From Antedon mediterranea (Eukaryota; Animalia; Echinodermata), in assembly GCF_964355755.1 (NCBI RefSeq), contig NC_092672.1, positions 20,349,237 through 20,413,236 on the forward strand: a DNA stretch of 64,000 nt. The letters run 5' to 3'. The notes below the pieces were generated by a model that was not told the DNA's origin, did no database searches, and saw only the letters and a list, made by a program, of their open reading frames with translations. Made by a program: the position numbers and the translations under genes. Positions 13,301-24,016 of this stretch are shown here, piece after piece (position 1 is the first letter of the stretch; every line of letters begins with the position of its first letter).

Positions 13301-15847
13301 CTCTAAATTATTTAAACACCTAAGCTCAGGAGGAATATCGTGTAGTTGTAAATTGTTTGAATTGGCTTCTGCAGGAACTTTCCCGTTTAACAATTTCCTG
13401 TGGCATGTGAAACAAATCCATAAACGACATCTTGGTGATTCGATAAATTGACAAGGTTTAATACATTCATTGTTGCAAATATGCAAATACTTTTCATTTA
13501 TACAAGCCTTATTTTTGTACTTAGCTTTGGTGCACTTCATAACTTGATCTTTGAATAACATTTTAAAGCATACACAACAAACATATTCAGGACCACGAGA
13601 AACTGTTCCTCTGAAGTTTTCTAAAACAAACTCAAAATTAGTGTTTTTTGTTTTCCTTTTTTCCCGATTCTTCATGTTTTTCTTCATGACATTTTTTCGG
13701 AACCCTTTATCAATATGATACTTTTCTGTAAATCTTTGCTTACACTTTTGCTTAACACTTTCACGGAATTTTAAATTACTTCGATATTTCTCTGCCAATT
13801 TTAGTTTACAGTTTTGTCTAAATTTTAAATTACTCCAATACTTTTTTGCTAATCTTTCTTTACAGTTTTGTCTAAATATCAAATTACTCCGATACTTTTC
13901 TGCCAATTTATGCTTACAGTTTTGTCTAAATTTCAAATTACTCCGATACTTTTCTGCCAATTTATGCTTACAGTTTTGTCTAAATTTCAAATTACTCCGA
14001 TACTTTTCTGCCAATTTATGCTTACAGTTTTGTCTAAATTTCAAATTACTCCGATACTTCTCTGCCAATTTATGCTTACAGTTATGTCTAAATATCAAAT
14101 TACTCCGATACTTCTCTGCCAATTTATGCTTACAGTTTTGTCTAAATTTCAAATTACTTCGATACTTTTCTGCCAATTTCTGCTTACACTTTTGTCGAAA
14201 TTTCAAATTATTCCGATACTTCTCTGCCAATGTTTTCGTAACATTTTCTCTGAATTTTGAATTATTACAATACTTCGCTGCTAATTTTTGCTTCAAATTT
14301 TGTCGAAATTTTGGATCATTGTGATATTTTTCCTTATTTCTTTGTTTATTATCTTGTCTAGATTTATGTCTAAATATTGTATCATTGTTGTATCTATTTT
14401 TCTTTGATTCTTTCAAATTTTGCGTAAATTTTTCATTAAATTTATAATTTATCAGATTGTTGGCTTTTTTAGTTGTTCGGTAATTCAAATCAATTTTGTA
14501 GTTATGTCTCGCTTTATTTCGTACCTTAACATTATATTCTGGTTCACATCTATACATTTTGTATTGTCTTTCTCTGTTTTCCTTCGTTTTTTTGAACTTA
14601 TAATCATCATCACCATATCTTATTTTTTGCGCCTCTTTTACTTTACGTTTCTTTTCTTCTCTGTATACAGAATCACTTTGATATTTGTTTCTAATTTCAT
14701 CTATTTCTTCCGAATTTTTTTTTTCTTCACTTTGACGTTTAATTCTCTGTCGATTCTTTTTAATTTCTTTTCTATTTCTATAAGATCGTTTTCGTTTTAC
14801 TCTGCTTTCTGAACAAGGTCTTTCAACAGTTTTACTCTGTTTGTGTTTTGGTTGTATATCTTCAAATGTGTCACAAGTTTCATATCCCGTTTGCTTTCGT
14901 TTCTTTGTTGTAGAATTCTTTACCAAAAAAATTGCCTCTGTATTTGACAGTTTATTGTGGGATGTCACATTCATATCAACTTGTCCTGTTGTTTCCTGAA
15001 CATTATTATTTTGACTCACATTGACAGATTCTACTACATTAAAATGCACATTCATGGTGTACAAAATATATATACCATTGTCAGTTGTAACATCATCTAT
15101 TCTTCCCGGCTTTTTAGCAGAAAACAATTGCCACGTCAAAAGTTGATCATTAAATGAATAAATATCTGTATTAAGCAAGTTTGCCATTGCACTTATTTCA
15201 GTATTGGATGCCCACGTTCCATTATCCATTACTCTTTTTTTAAACACATATTCCTTAACTGATCTATATTCGTGACTAAATGTATTAATAAATAATTCAT
15301 CAGTTTCCAATAAATGATTAGTAATTGCTCTTCTTAAAAGTAAATGATTATCTTCAGTCCCAGAAATAATGTATGAAATTGCACGATAAAAACAATTACC
15401 ATCACCTGTAATATTTGTAATTTGAAGAGGATGTCCAATCTGACTAGCTCTGTTAATACCACAATTCATATCGGTATGTTCACAATGAATGCCTAATTTA
15501 TGACACATGTTTTTCTTTTGTTCTTCTGAGATCGGAATAAATTTAAAATTCTCGTCAGGTCTTTTTTCATACTGAACATTAACAATTTCAATATCACTAT
15601 CACTTTGCCATCCATTACTTGATGAGACATGACCTTCTTTATTATGTGTTTTGCCTTTAACGTTAGAATCAATATTCTTGTCTGGTAATCTTGTACTACA
15701 TTTATACTGATAAGACGTACTAGGTTCATCAACGTCGACGTTTCCCAAGTTTCTTTGTTCACAATTATCATCGAGCACAGAAGCGGAACATAACATCATA
15801 GACTTATTTTCAATATTTACACCAGTCAGTTCAAAACTCGGTTTCAT
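10376..15847 (-). CDS. Helentron transposase central part: OTU deubiquitinase, basic repeats, Cys-rich region, HUH Rep and helicase Walker A
   Basis: OTU: GDGNCFYRAIS, GTWASNTEI, HFNVV (~15040-15410). Cys-rich CCVC and CFTC. Rep: PTFFLSFS, RIEFQMRGSPHVHMLVW (HUH), YVIGYMSKSE (two Tyr). Walker A GGAGTGKS near the end. Confidence 0.93.
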   Translation of the reverse strand: MKPSFELTGVNIENKSMMLCSASVLDDNCEQRNLGNVDVDEPSTSYQYKCSTRLPDKNIDSNVKGKTHNKEGHVSSSNGWQSDSDIEIVNVQYEKRPDENFKFIPISEEQKKNMCHKLGIHCEHTDMNCGINRASQIGHPLQITNITGDGNCFYRAISYIISGTEDNHLLLRRAITNHLLETDELFINTFSHEYRSVKEYVFKKRVMDNGTWASNTEISAMANLLNTDIYSFNDQLLTWQLFSAKKPGRIDDVTTDNGIYILYTMNVHFNVVESVNVSQNNNVQETTGQVDMNVTSHNKLSNTEAIFLVKNSTTKKRKQTGYETCDTFEDIQPKHKQSKTVERPCSESRVKRKRSYRNRKEIKKNRQRIKRQSEEKKNSEEIDEIRNKYQSDSVYREEKKRKVKEAQKIRYGDDDYKFKKTKENRERQYKMYRCEPEYNVKVRNKARHNYKIDLNYRTTKKANNLINYKFNEKFTQNLKESKKNRYNNDTIFRHKSRQDNKQRNKEKYHNDPKFRQNLKQKLAAKYCNNSKFRENVTKTLAEKYRNNLKFRQKCKQKLAEKYRSNLKFRQNCKHKLAEKYRSNLIFRHNCKHKLAEKYRSNLKFRQNCKHKLAEKYRSNLKFRQNCKHKLAEKYRSNLKFRQNCKHKLAEKYRSNLIFRQNCKERLAKKYWSNLKFRQNCKLKLAEKYRSNLKFRESVKQKCKQRFTEKYHIDKGFRKNVMKKNMKNREKRKTKNTNFEFVLENFRGTVSRGPEYVCCVCFKMLFKDQVMKCTKAKYKNKACINEKYLHICNNECIKPCQFIESPRCRLWICFTCHRKLLNGKVPAEANSNNLQLHDIPPELRCLNNLEQHLIGLNIPFMKLMNLPKGGQHGIHGPVVCVPSNTIETVKMLPRPQVDDQLISVKLKRKLSYKGYYKYKFVNTANVIQALRYLQDHNKCYFDIAINEEWHNYLSEDNIERETTNENENNEKEEKEEEIEDRLCGATFDTSLQPVDRRQNLVDEYFNDIICCAPCENNSPIALLSNKSNEAKSFPVLFPTGQPTFHDTRDVKITLGRYFHNRLMHIDNRFAQNTEFIFYAQSLYELQQILSSISIALRKGSSKKDDFSKVTVSDLKNVTKIQEILKSDRGYKFLKQIRGTPPYWQATQKDIIAMVRQIGKPTFFLSFSSADFRWKEIMTTLLSQSGDQRNIEELEWADKCNLLKSNPVTVARMFDKRFHTFLKNVILSEAQPIGKVVDYFYRIEFQMRGSPHVHMLVWVENAPIFGTDKDNEVIRFVDKYISCAVPCETVDRELNEIVKSVQIHSKRHSKSCKKKGTNCRFNFPRQPSGNTFVMRPTIVDKDNVDNDDNKQATELLTSVKDAVTNEETYKNAIELFQSLGITQSAFEKANNCVTTEEKIVIKRNPQVVWVNQYNPSLLRAWNANMDIQYITNVYACIIYVIGYMSKSEREMGLLLNHAASEVKEGNEDARQSLRKLGNVYMNNREVSAQESIYRVCSLRLKECSRKVEFIPVGPNPVRMSLPLSVIKNKEDDDVSAWLPKKIDKYKARPNSSEFNKMCLAKFCSEYRILSSSEMKGNKQKKNVFQFKKQLGFIQKRTRTSNAIVRYPRFPMDTAPEKYFLSILQLFLPFRKDEQLKPPNFEMYEQFHEKGCVKLCGCQLQTVKSIVHGNMEQYEKSAEDVEEAQECLSKFGPQEDAWSLLCPESEKERLDNPKPNVEVDDEEDEFFIPDFGIQKNHTSKVESNSSNIPRPELNKMIRSLNEKQQHIFYKTRQWCLDKANGKKPEAFYTFITGGAGTGKSHLVNCFYNEATRILGKIMENPMICQY
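13760..14330 (-). repeat. 54-bp coding tandem repeat (18 aa, KYRSNLKFRQNCKHKLAE; about 10 copies, degenerate at the edges)
   Basis: Visible in both the ORF translation and the DNA. Confidence 0.9.
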
Positions 15848-18047
15848 GTATATTACAGTTCATTGACCTTGCTAATCTTATACAATAATCGTACACACCT
15901 TGCCAAGATGGACTGTAAAGTAAAATACTCTTTCCATGTTCACTAACACAACCAAATCGATCTCTTGCATGTGGATCAAATATAAGAAATCCATTTACAC
16001 ATTTGATAATAGAAAATGTGCTTCTGTTGAAATTCATAAAAAATGCATCATGTTGATGTAATTCTTGTTCAAAAGCTTGGTTTAATGACAAGGCTCCATA
16101 TTCAGCCATAAATTCGAGATTCCCATCTATTATGCCAAAAACTGATTCTTTGGGAGATATTACAAATGTGTTATCCAAGATATCCAATTCTTTCGGCAGT
16201 TCAGAAATCATTAAAAGGTCCTCGTGCATAGTGGAATCTTTCTGAATGTAACGGTACAACTCGTTTCCAAGAGTCAATATTGTATCAAGGTCTTTGGTGT
16301 AAAATTCATTTCCATTCCTCTTTGTAGAATAAAGAATAGCTACAAGACTATTTGCAACACACTGTTTACCACTTGCAAAGCCAAATCTATAATTCCCTTG
16401 ATTAAAATTACCCTGTGCTACAGTAATATTTTCATTACTATTATATACTTGTAGTTCATTTATTGATTGTGTTTTCTGCCTTTTTCGTGTATTTTTTTGT
16501 TTTGGTACATCATCGATTATCAATTCTTCCGAAAAATTATTTTTTGTTAAAACTTCAATATCCACATCGATAATATGTTGGTCACATTTAGGTTTAGTAT
16601 GGGACCTAATTTTTTTAGTCATTGCTTTTTTGCATCCGTCATCAATTATCAATACTTCATTTTCCTCAAATTCACAACTTGCACTTGTTTGATTTTTATG
16701 ATCTGTACCATTACTATCAATTATTCTACTTCTGTCATTCATTTTGCTATTATTTTGTGCTTTCGCATCGTCAGTCGCTGTGTTGTTGTCGTTTTCTACA
16801 GTACATTCTATTTTAAAATCCTCGTCAGTTTTCGTTTCAGAATTGTCATTATTACCCATGTTCTTTATATCTTTGCCAAACCGTTCCATAATATCGCAAT
16901 CATTCTTTAAATTCAGGTCCACATTACCTTGTGCTTTTTTGTTATCAATCTTCTTAGTTTTGACAAAACGACCCTTGTTATTTCGTAAACGTTTCGAACC
17001 ACCACCTGATTGTTGTTGTATTCCGTGTGTTACTTTTGTATTTTTCAAAACATCACACATAGGCCTACCACTGTCGTCAATTATTGTTTGTGAATTTTCC
17101 AATACATTCGTTTTACCATTTTCTTTGTTGTATTCTCTGTAAGTATTTGTATTCATATTCCATTCCATTTTGTTATTATTTCGTCTTTCATAGAAATCTT
17201 TTACACCTTTGCCAATATATTTTACACCTGGTTCTATACTTATACCATTTATAACGCGCTTTCTCCTTTTCTTATTTCTTCTATTTTTACATTCTTTTTT
17301 TCTGTTGTCGGTTCTTTTCTTTGATCTTACTCTCATCCAATCACTACCAAGTAAATCTTCACTTCCTGTTTGTTGACATTTTAATTTGGCATTATTACAA
17401 CGTTTTTCTTTATTTTTCGTTAATTCTGGAAAGTCTGCAATGACAGATTCATCAGGTTCTAGAATCGTATATCTATTGAAATGACAGGGAATACCTATTT
17501 CACCCAACATGTTATCAACAAAATTACTATTCCCACACATTGAACAAATCCAAATTACCCTGGAATTACATAGTTTGTCTTCAAAAACATCTCTTACACA
17601 TTTCACATGAAAATATTGACTACAACGGTCACATGTTATGCAATTGTCGTCTACTTTCACTTCAATATTACAGAAATCACATGTATCATCAAACTCTGAA
17701 GTGACCTCTGTACCATAAGATAATATGTTTATGATATCATCAATTATTCCTTTAAATTCAGTTGTATCTTTCATAAATTCACAATTGACATTACCTGTAT
17801 CATCATTTCTCTCGTCTTTGACATTCTCAGTTGAACAGCATTCATCAAGTAGGTCCAAGATGTCATTAACAACTATTTTAAATTCTGCTGTCTTATCCAT
17901 AACTCCATTATTAACATTACCAGTTGTATTGACAAAAATCTGCTTTTTACTTGTAACTTCTTTATTCACATTCTTACACAAATAAATTATCATTGTAAAG
18001 ATAATCAACAAAAAGATACCAACTACTGCTATGAATTCCATATCCAT
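15831..18047 (-). CDS. Helentron N-terminal ORF: hydrophobic N-terminal helix, PHD finger and herpesvirus large-tegument-type (peptidase C76-like) deubiquitinase
   Basis: FIAVVGIFLLIIFTMIIYL. C4HC3 pattern CDFC-CDRC-HVKC-CSMC (~17535-17682). QGNFNQG...GKQCVANSL...LDTILTLGNELY...FLIFDPHARD matches the tegument DUB Cys and D-P-H motifs. It joins the next ORF by +1 at 15831-15836. Confidence 0.85.
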   Translation of the reverse strand: MDMEFIAVVGIFLLIIFTMIIYLCKNVNKEVTSKKQIFVNTTGNVNNGVMDKTAEFKIVVNDILDLLDECCSTENVKDERNDDTGNVNCEFMKDTTEFKGIIDDIINILSYGTEVTSEFDDTCDFCNIEVKVDDNCITCDRCSQYFHVKCVRDVFEDKLCNSRVIWICSMCGNSNFVDNMLGEIGIPCHFNRYTILEPDESVIADFPELTKNKEKRCNNAKLKCQQTGSEDLLGSDWMRVRSKKRTDNRKKECKNRRNKKRRKRVINGISIEPGVKYIGKGVKDFYERRNNNKMEWNMNTNTYREYNKENGKTNVLENSQTIIDDSGRPMCDVLKNTKVTHGIQQQSGGGSKRLRNNKGRFVKTKKIDNKKAQGNVDLNLKNDCDIMERFGKDIKNMGNNDNSETKTDEDFKIECTVENDNNTATDDAKAQNNSKMNDRSRIIDSNGTDHKNQTSASCEFEENEVLIIDDGCKKAMTKKIRSHTKPKCDQHIIDVDIEVLTKNNFSEELIIDDVPKQKNTRKRQKTQSINELQVYNSNENITVAQGNFNQGNYRFGFASGKQCVANSLVAILYSTKRNGNEFYTKDLDTILTLGNELYRYIQKDSTMHEDLLMISELPKELDILDNTFVISPKESVFGIIDGNLEFMAEYGALSLNQAFEQELHQHDAFFMNFNRSTFSIIKCVNGFLIFDPHARDRFGCVSEHGKSILLYSPSWQGVYDYCIRLARSMNCNIHETEF

Positions 18048-18620
18048 TATTCAAAATTTGTATAAGAAACAAATTTCTTCAAATTTATAAACTTTGTTTA
18101 CAAATTAAATTAATATGTATTCTGCAATTTCAATGAATATTACAATTAGGTTCTTTTTATCAATTCAAACTTCAAAAAAGAAATCCTTGCTACAACAAAA
18201 TAAATTATTAAAAATTCCAAAAACAATTCAACTTTATATTGTCTTTTGTTTCTATGACTTTTAACTTTTGTCCTAATTTCTTTTCTCTTTGTTAATATTT
18301 TTTTTGTCTGCTTTTTTTCAATAATTCGATTATACAATTTCACTGAATAAAAAAATTAGCTTCTGCTTAATATTGGCTTGATGAAATACTTAATATTAAT
18401 TTAAACTTCTCTGTAATACTTGGTTATGCTAAATAGTTTAAGATTGTAATTTTTATTCTTTTTACAATTCTACTTAATAACAGATTCAAATATAAGTGAT
18501 CTTTAAATCTTCTTTAATTAATTCTTTTGTAATAAACTCTGTTTAATATTTATTTCTTTATAATAAGCTTCTGTTTTATTCTTCAAACTTTTGTTTGTAT
18601 AATCAAACTTTAACTTTACA

Positions 18621-18888
18621 CTTTTGCTTTTGCAAAAATGGTTTTGTAATAAACTTTTGTTTATTAGTTGTTTCCTTGTGATTAACTTCTGTTATCTTCA
18701 AGGTTTTACACTTTTGCTTTTGCAAAAATGGTTTTGTAATAAACTTTTGTTTATTAGTTGTTTCCTTGTGATTAACTTCTGTTATCTTCAAGGTTTTACA
18801 ATTTTGCTTTTGCAAAAATGGTTTTGTAATAAACTTTTGTTTATTAGTTTTTCCTTGTGATAAACTTCTGTTTACTTCAAGGTTTTAC
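18621..18888. repeat. 90-bp tandem repeat, 3 copies, upstream of the Helentron ORF
   Basis: Units start at 18621, 18711 and 18801. Confidence 0.9.
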
Positions 18889-19624
18889 TGAATGTTTTAA
18901 AGATACTTTTAAAAAATGTTTAAAAAGAAATTGTGCATAAATATTAAAATTCGGTAACCCCTCGTAGAAACTCTCTTTGGAGAGTGGATCTTTTTCTAAA
19001 GACCCGGATCTCTTCTGAGATCCAGTGGGTTTATATAAGACAGTCACCTACAATAAAAAAAAAAAAAAGAGTTAGTTATTAATTTTAAGATACACGGTAC
19101 AGTACTAAGAATTCCAGTCAAACAATTATAAATTGAATCAGTAGATAAATCAGTGTTTTTACAAATACCTAAATAATAATATACATATCCCCCTTGTGGA
19201 ATGTAACATGATCTATTGGGCCTAGCAAAACAAATTAGGACCAACTCACTACTAAATTTAGGATAGAGACCCATTTTATAAAATTGCAAATTTATGTCTG
19301 GAGAAACTGACCACCACATTTATGTTAAAAAGGATGATTGTCCCAAATTTTGAAGTAAACGGTGATAATATATTTGTGACTTTGGTTTATACAATATAAA
19401 TAAATCACTATAGAAGATATTTTGACCTAAATATATGTCAAAACTTCATTACATGGAATGTGTCGGAAACAAATTCTTTCATAAAAATTTCACCTTCAAA
19501 ATTAATCTGAAAATAGGTTTAATTATTCAATGTTCTAATAAAATAGAATTTTATACACAAAAATATTTGGTCACTCAGTATAGTAAATTTACAAACAACA
19601 CATGTTTATCAATTAAGGGAGGGC

Positions 19625-22600
19625 ATAAAGTAAGGAAAATATGTTTTTTCCGTTTACAGATAATTTTCTAATACTCACAGCTGTAACTGACACTGTATAT
19701 TTTCTGTACAACTACAATCTAAAAAATAAAAGGAAAAGCATTAATAATGGCAAATAAACAACATTAACACTGTTTCAAAATCAACATGCTTCTTAATCAA
19801 TGCCAACGGTTCACAAACTAAAGAAAATATGTTTTATCCGTTTAACAGATAATCTACTAATACTCACAGCTGTAGCTGACACTGTATATGTTCTACAATC
19901 TAAAACAAAAAAACAAGGAAAAACAATAATAATTGGCAATAAACAACATTAACACTTTTTCCAAATCAACATGCTTCTTAATCAATGTCTGAAAAATTAA
20001 GAAATTCCTCAAAATGACCTTGGGTATGAGACAGCTGGTTAGGGCCTACATGTCATTTAATATTTTATTCACAAACCATAAAATCTGAATGCCGTAAATG
20101 TTTCCTAATAGAAAATGCCTACAAAATAACAGGCAACTGTTCACAAAGTAAGGAAAATATGTTTTCTCCGTTTAACAGATAATCTACTACTACTCACAGC
20201 TGTAGCTAACACTGTATATTTTCTACAATCTAAAAAAAAAAAAGGAAAAACATTAATAATTGGCAATAAACAACATTAACACTTTTTCCAAATCAACATG
20301 CTTCTTAATCGAGGTCTGAAAAATTAAGAAATTTCTTCAAAATGACTTTAGGTATGGGACGGCTGGTTAGGGCCTACTGTACATGTTGTCTCAATGCTAA
20401 TTTCATGTAATATTTTATTCACAAACCATAAAATCTGAATTATGTAAATGTTTCATAATAGAAAATGCCTACAAAATAACAGGCATCTGTTCACAAAGTA
20501 AGGAAAATATGTTTTCTCCGTTTAACAGATAATCTACTAATACTCACAGCTGTAGCTAACACTGTATATTTTCTACAATCTAAAAACAACAAGGAAAAAC
20601 ATTGATAATGGCAATAAACAACATTAACCCTTTTCCTAAATCAACATGCTTCTTAATCAATGTCTGAAAAATTAAGAAATTTCCTCAAAATAACTTTGGG
20701 TATGGGCCGGCTGATTGGGGTCTACATGTTGTCTCAATACTACTTTCATTTAATATCTTATTCACAAACCATAAAATCTGAATTATGTAAATGTTTCATA
20801 ATATAAAATGCCTACAAAATAACAGGCAACAGTTCAAAAAGTAAGGAAAATATGTTTTTTCCGTTTAACAGATAATCTACTAATACTCACAGCTGTAGCT
20901 GAAACTGTTAATTTTCTACAACCTAAAAAAAACAAGGAAAAACATTGATAATGGCAATAAACAACATTAACCCTTTTGCTAAATCAACATGCTTCTTAAT
21001 CAATGTCTGAAAAATTAAGAAATTTCCTCAAAATAACTTTGGGTATGGGCCGGCTGATTGGGGTCTACAAAATAACAGGCAACAGTTCACAAAGTAAGGA
21101 AAATATGTTTTCTCCGTTTAACAGATAATCTACTAATACTCACAGCTGTAGCTAACACTGTATATTTTCTACAATCTAAAAAAAACAAGGAAAAACATTG
21201 ATAACGGCAATAAACAACATTAACCCTTTTGCTAAATCAACATGCTTCTTAATCAATGTCTGAAAAATTAAGAAATTCCTCAAAATGACTTTGGATATGA
21301 GACAGCTGGTTAGGGCCTACATGTTGTCTAAATGCTAATTTCATTTAATATTTTATTCACAAACCATAAAATCTGAATGATGTAAATGTTACATAATAGA
21401 AAATGCCTACAAAATAACAGGCAACGGTTCACAAAGTAAAGAAAATATGTTTTCTCCATTTAATAGATAATCTACTAATACTCACAGCTGTAGCTGACAC
21501 TGTATATTTTCTACAATCTAAAAAAAAAACAAGGAAAAACATTAATAATTGGCAATAAACAACATTAACACTTTTTCCAAATCAACATGCTTCTTAATCG
21601 AGGTCTGAAAAATTAAGAAATTTTCTCAAAATGACTTTAGGTATGGGACGGCTGGTTAGGGCCTACATGTTGTCTCAATGCTAATTTCATTTAATATTTT
21701 ATTCACAAACCATAAAATCTGAATTATGTAAATGTTTCATAATAGAAAATGCCTACAAAATAACAGGCAACTGTTCACAAAGTAAGGAAAATATGTTTTC
21801 TCCGTTTAACAGATAATCTACTAATACTCACAGCTGTAGCTAACACTGTATATTTTCTACAATCTAAAAACAACAAGGAAAAACATTGATAATGGCAATA
21901 AACAACATTAACCCTTTTCCTAAATCAACATGCTTCTTAATCAATGTCTGAAAAATTAAGAAATTTCCTCAAAATAACTTTGGGTATGGGCCGGATGATT
22001 GGGGTCTACATGTTGTCTCAATACTACTTTCATTTAATATCTTATTCACAAACCATAAAATCTGAATTATGTAAATGTTTCATAATATAAAATGCCTACA
22101 AAATAACAGGCAACAGTTCACAAAGTAAGGAAAATATGTTTTCTCCGTTTAACAGATAATCTACTAATACTCACAGCTGTAGCTGAAACTGTTAATTTTC
22201 TACAATCTAAAAAAAACAAGGAAAAACATTGATAATGGCAATAAACAACATTAACCATTTTGCTAAATCAACATGCTTCTTAATCAATGTCTGAAAAATT
22301 AAGAAATTTCCTCAAAATAACTTTGGGTATGGGCCGGCTTATTGGGGTCTACATGTTGTCTCAATACTACTTTCATTTAATATCTTATTCAAAAACCATA
22401 AAATCTGAATTTTTTAAATGTTTCATAATATAAAATGCCTACAAAATAACAACAGTTCACAAAGTAAGGAAAATATGTTTTCTCCGTTTAACAGATAATC
22501 TACTAATACTCACAGCTGTAGCTGAAACTGTTAATTTTCTACAATCTAAAAAAAAACAAGGAAAAACATTGATAATGGCAATAAACAACATTAACACTTT

Positions 22601-24015
22601 TTCCAAATCAACATGCTTCTTAATCAATGTCTGAAAAATTAGGAAATTTCCTCAAAATGACTTTGGGTATGGGCCGGCTGATTGCGGCCTACATGTTGTC
22701 TCAATGGTAATTTCATTTAATTGTTTGATCACAGACAATAAAATCTGAATTACGTAAATTTTTCATAATAGAAAATGTCTACAAAATAACAGGCAACAGT
22801 TCACAAAGTAAGGAAAATAAGTTTTCTCCGTTTAACAGATAATCTACTAATACTCACAGCTGTAGGTGAAACTGTATATTTTCTACAATCTAAAAAAAAA
22901 CAAGGAAAAACATTGATAATGGCAATAAACAACATTAACACTTTTTCCAAATCAACAAGCTTCTTAATCAATGTCTGAAAAATTAGGAAATTTCCTCAAA
23001 ATGACTTTGGGTATGAGACGGCTGATTAGGGCAGGCAACAGTTCACAAAGTAAGGAAAATATGTTTTCTCCGTTAAACAAATAATCTACTGATACTCACA
23101 GCTGTAGCTGAAACTGTATATTTTCTACAATCTAAAAAAAAACAAGGAAAAACATTGATAATGGTAATAAAACAACATTAACACTTTTTCCAAATCAACA
23201 TGCTTCTTAATCAATGTCTGAAAAATTAGGAAATTTCTTCAAAATGACTTTGGGTATGGGCCGGCTGATTGCGGCTTACATGTTTTCTCAATGGTAATTT
23301 CATTTAATTGTTTGATCACAAACAATAAAATCTGAATTATGTAAATGTTTCATAATACAAAATGTCTACAAAATAACAGGCAACAGTTCACAAAGTAAGG
23401 AAAATATGTTTTCTCCGTTTAACAGATAATCTACTAATACTCACAGCTGTAGCTCAAACTGTATATTTTCTACAATCTAAAAAAAAACAAGGAAAAACAT
23501 TGATAATGGTAATAAACAACATTAACACTTTTTCCAAATCAACAAGCTTTTTAATCAATGTCTGAAAAATTAAGAAATTTCCTCAAAATGACTTTGGGTA
23601 TGAGACGGCTGATTAGGGCAGGCAACAGTTCACAAAGTAAGGAAATTATGTTTTCTCCGTTTAACAGATAATCTACTGATACTCACAGCTGTAGCTGAAA
23701 CTCTATATTTTCTACAATCTAAAAAAAACAAGGAAAAACATTGATAATGGTAATAAATAACATTAACACTTTTTCCAAATCAACAAGCTTCTTAATCAAT
23801 GTCTGAAAAATTAATAAATTTCCTCAAAATGACTTTGGGTATGAAACGGTTGATTAGGGCAGGCAACAGTTCACAAAGTAAGGAAAATATGTTTTCTCTG
23901 TTTAACAGATAATCTACTAATACTCACAGCTGTAGCTGAAACTGTATATTTCCTACAATCTAAAAAAAACAAGGAAAAACATTGATAATGGCAATAAACA
24001 ACATTAACATTTTTT
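19625..24015 (-). repeat. Internal tandem array of the Helentron: 15 units, mostly ~240 or ~345 bp, each with a splice-flanked ~32-nt segment
   Basis: Unit starts near 19625, 19812, 20142, 20492, 20834, 21088, 21430, 21776, 22119, 22458, 22802, 23045, 23389, 23631 and 23872. A 16th, split unit lies at 24840-24918 and 26497-26750. Confidence 0.92.
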
Positions 24016-24016
24016 C

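Noticed and set aside
9707-17985. Plus-strand ORFs of 60-132 aa
   Set aside because: They are antisense shadows of the transposase ORF with no recognisable motifs.
15831-18047. Endogenous herpesvirus gene
   Set aside because: No capsid, polymerase or other viral genes are present; the DUB is contiguous with the Rep-helicase ORF inside transposon ends.
18146-18815. Short Lys-rich minus-strand ORFs upstream of the transposase
   Set aside because: Explained by A-rich composition and the 90-bp repeat; non-ATG starts and no domain signal.
18955-19030. Hammerhead ribozyme in the leader hairpins
   Set aside because: A GAAA-stem is present, but the triplet would be GUG and there is no correctly placed CUGANGA.
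20142-20160. U12-type branch site or snoRNA in the array introns (TTTTCCTTACT)
   Set aside because: Imperfect match, located near the donor rather than the acceptor; donors are U2-type and I saw no C/D box pair.
19625-24015. CRISPR-like repeat/spacer array
   Set aside because: The segments between conserved cores are homologous to each other rather than unique spacers; there are no cas genes and the context is eukaryotic.
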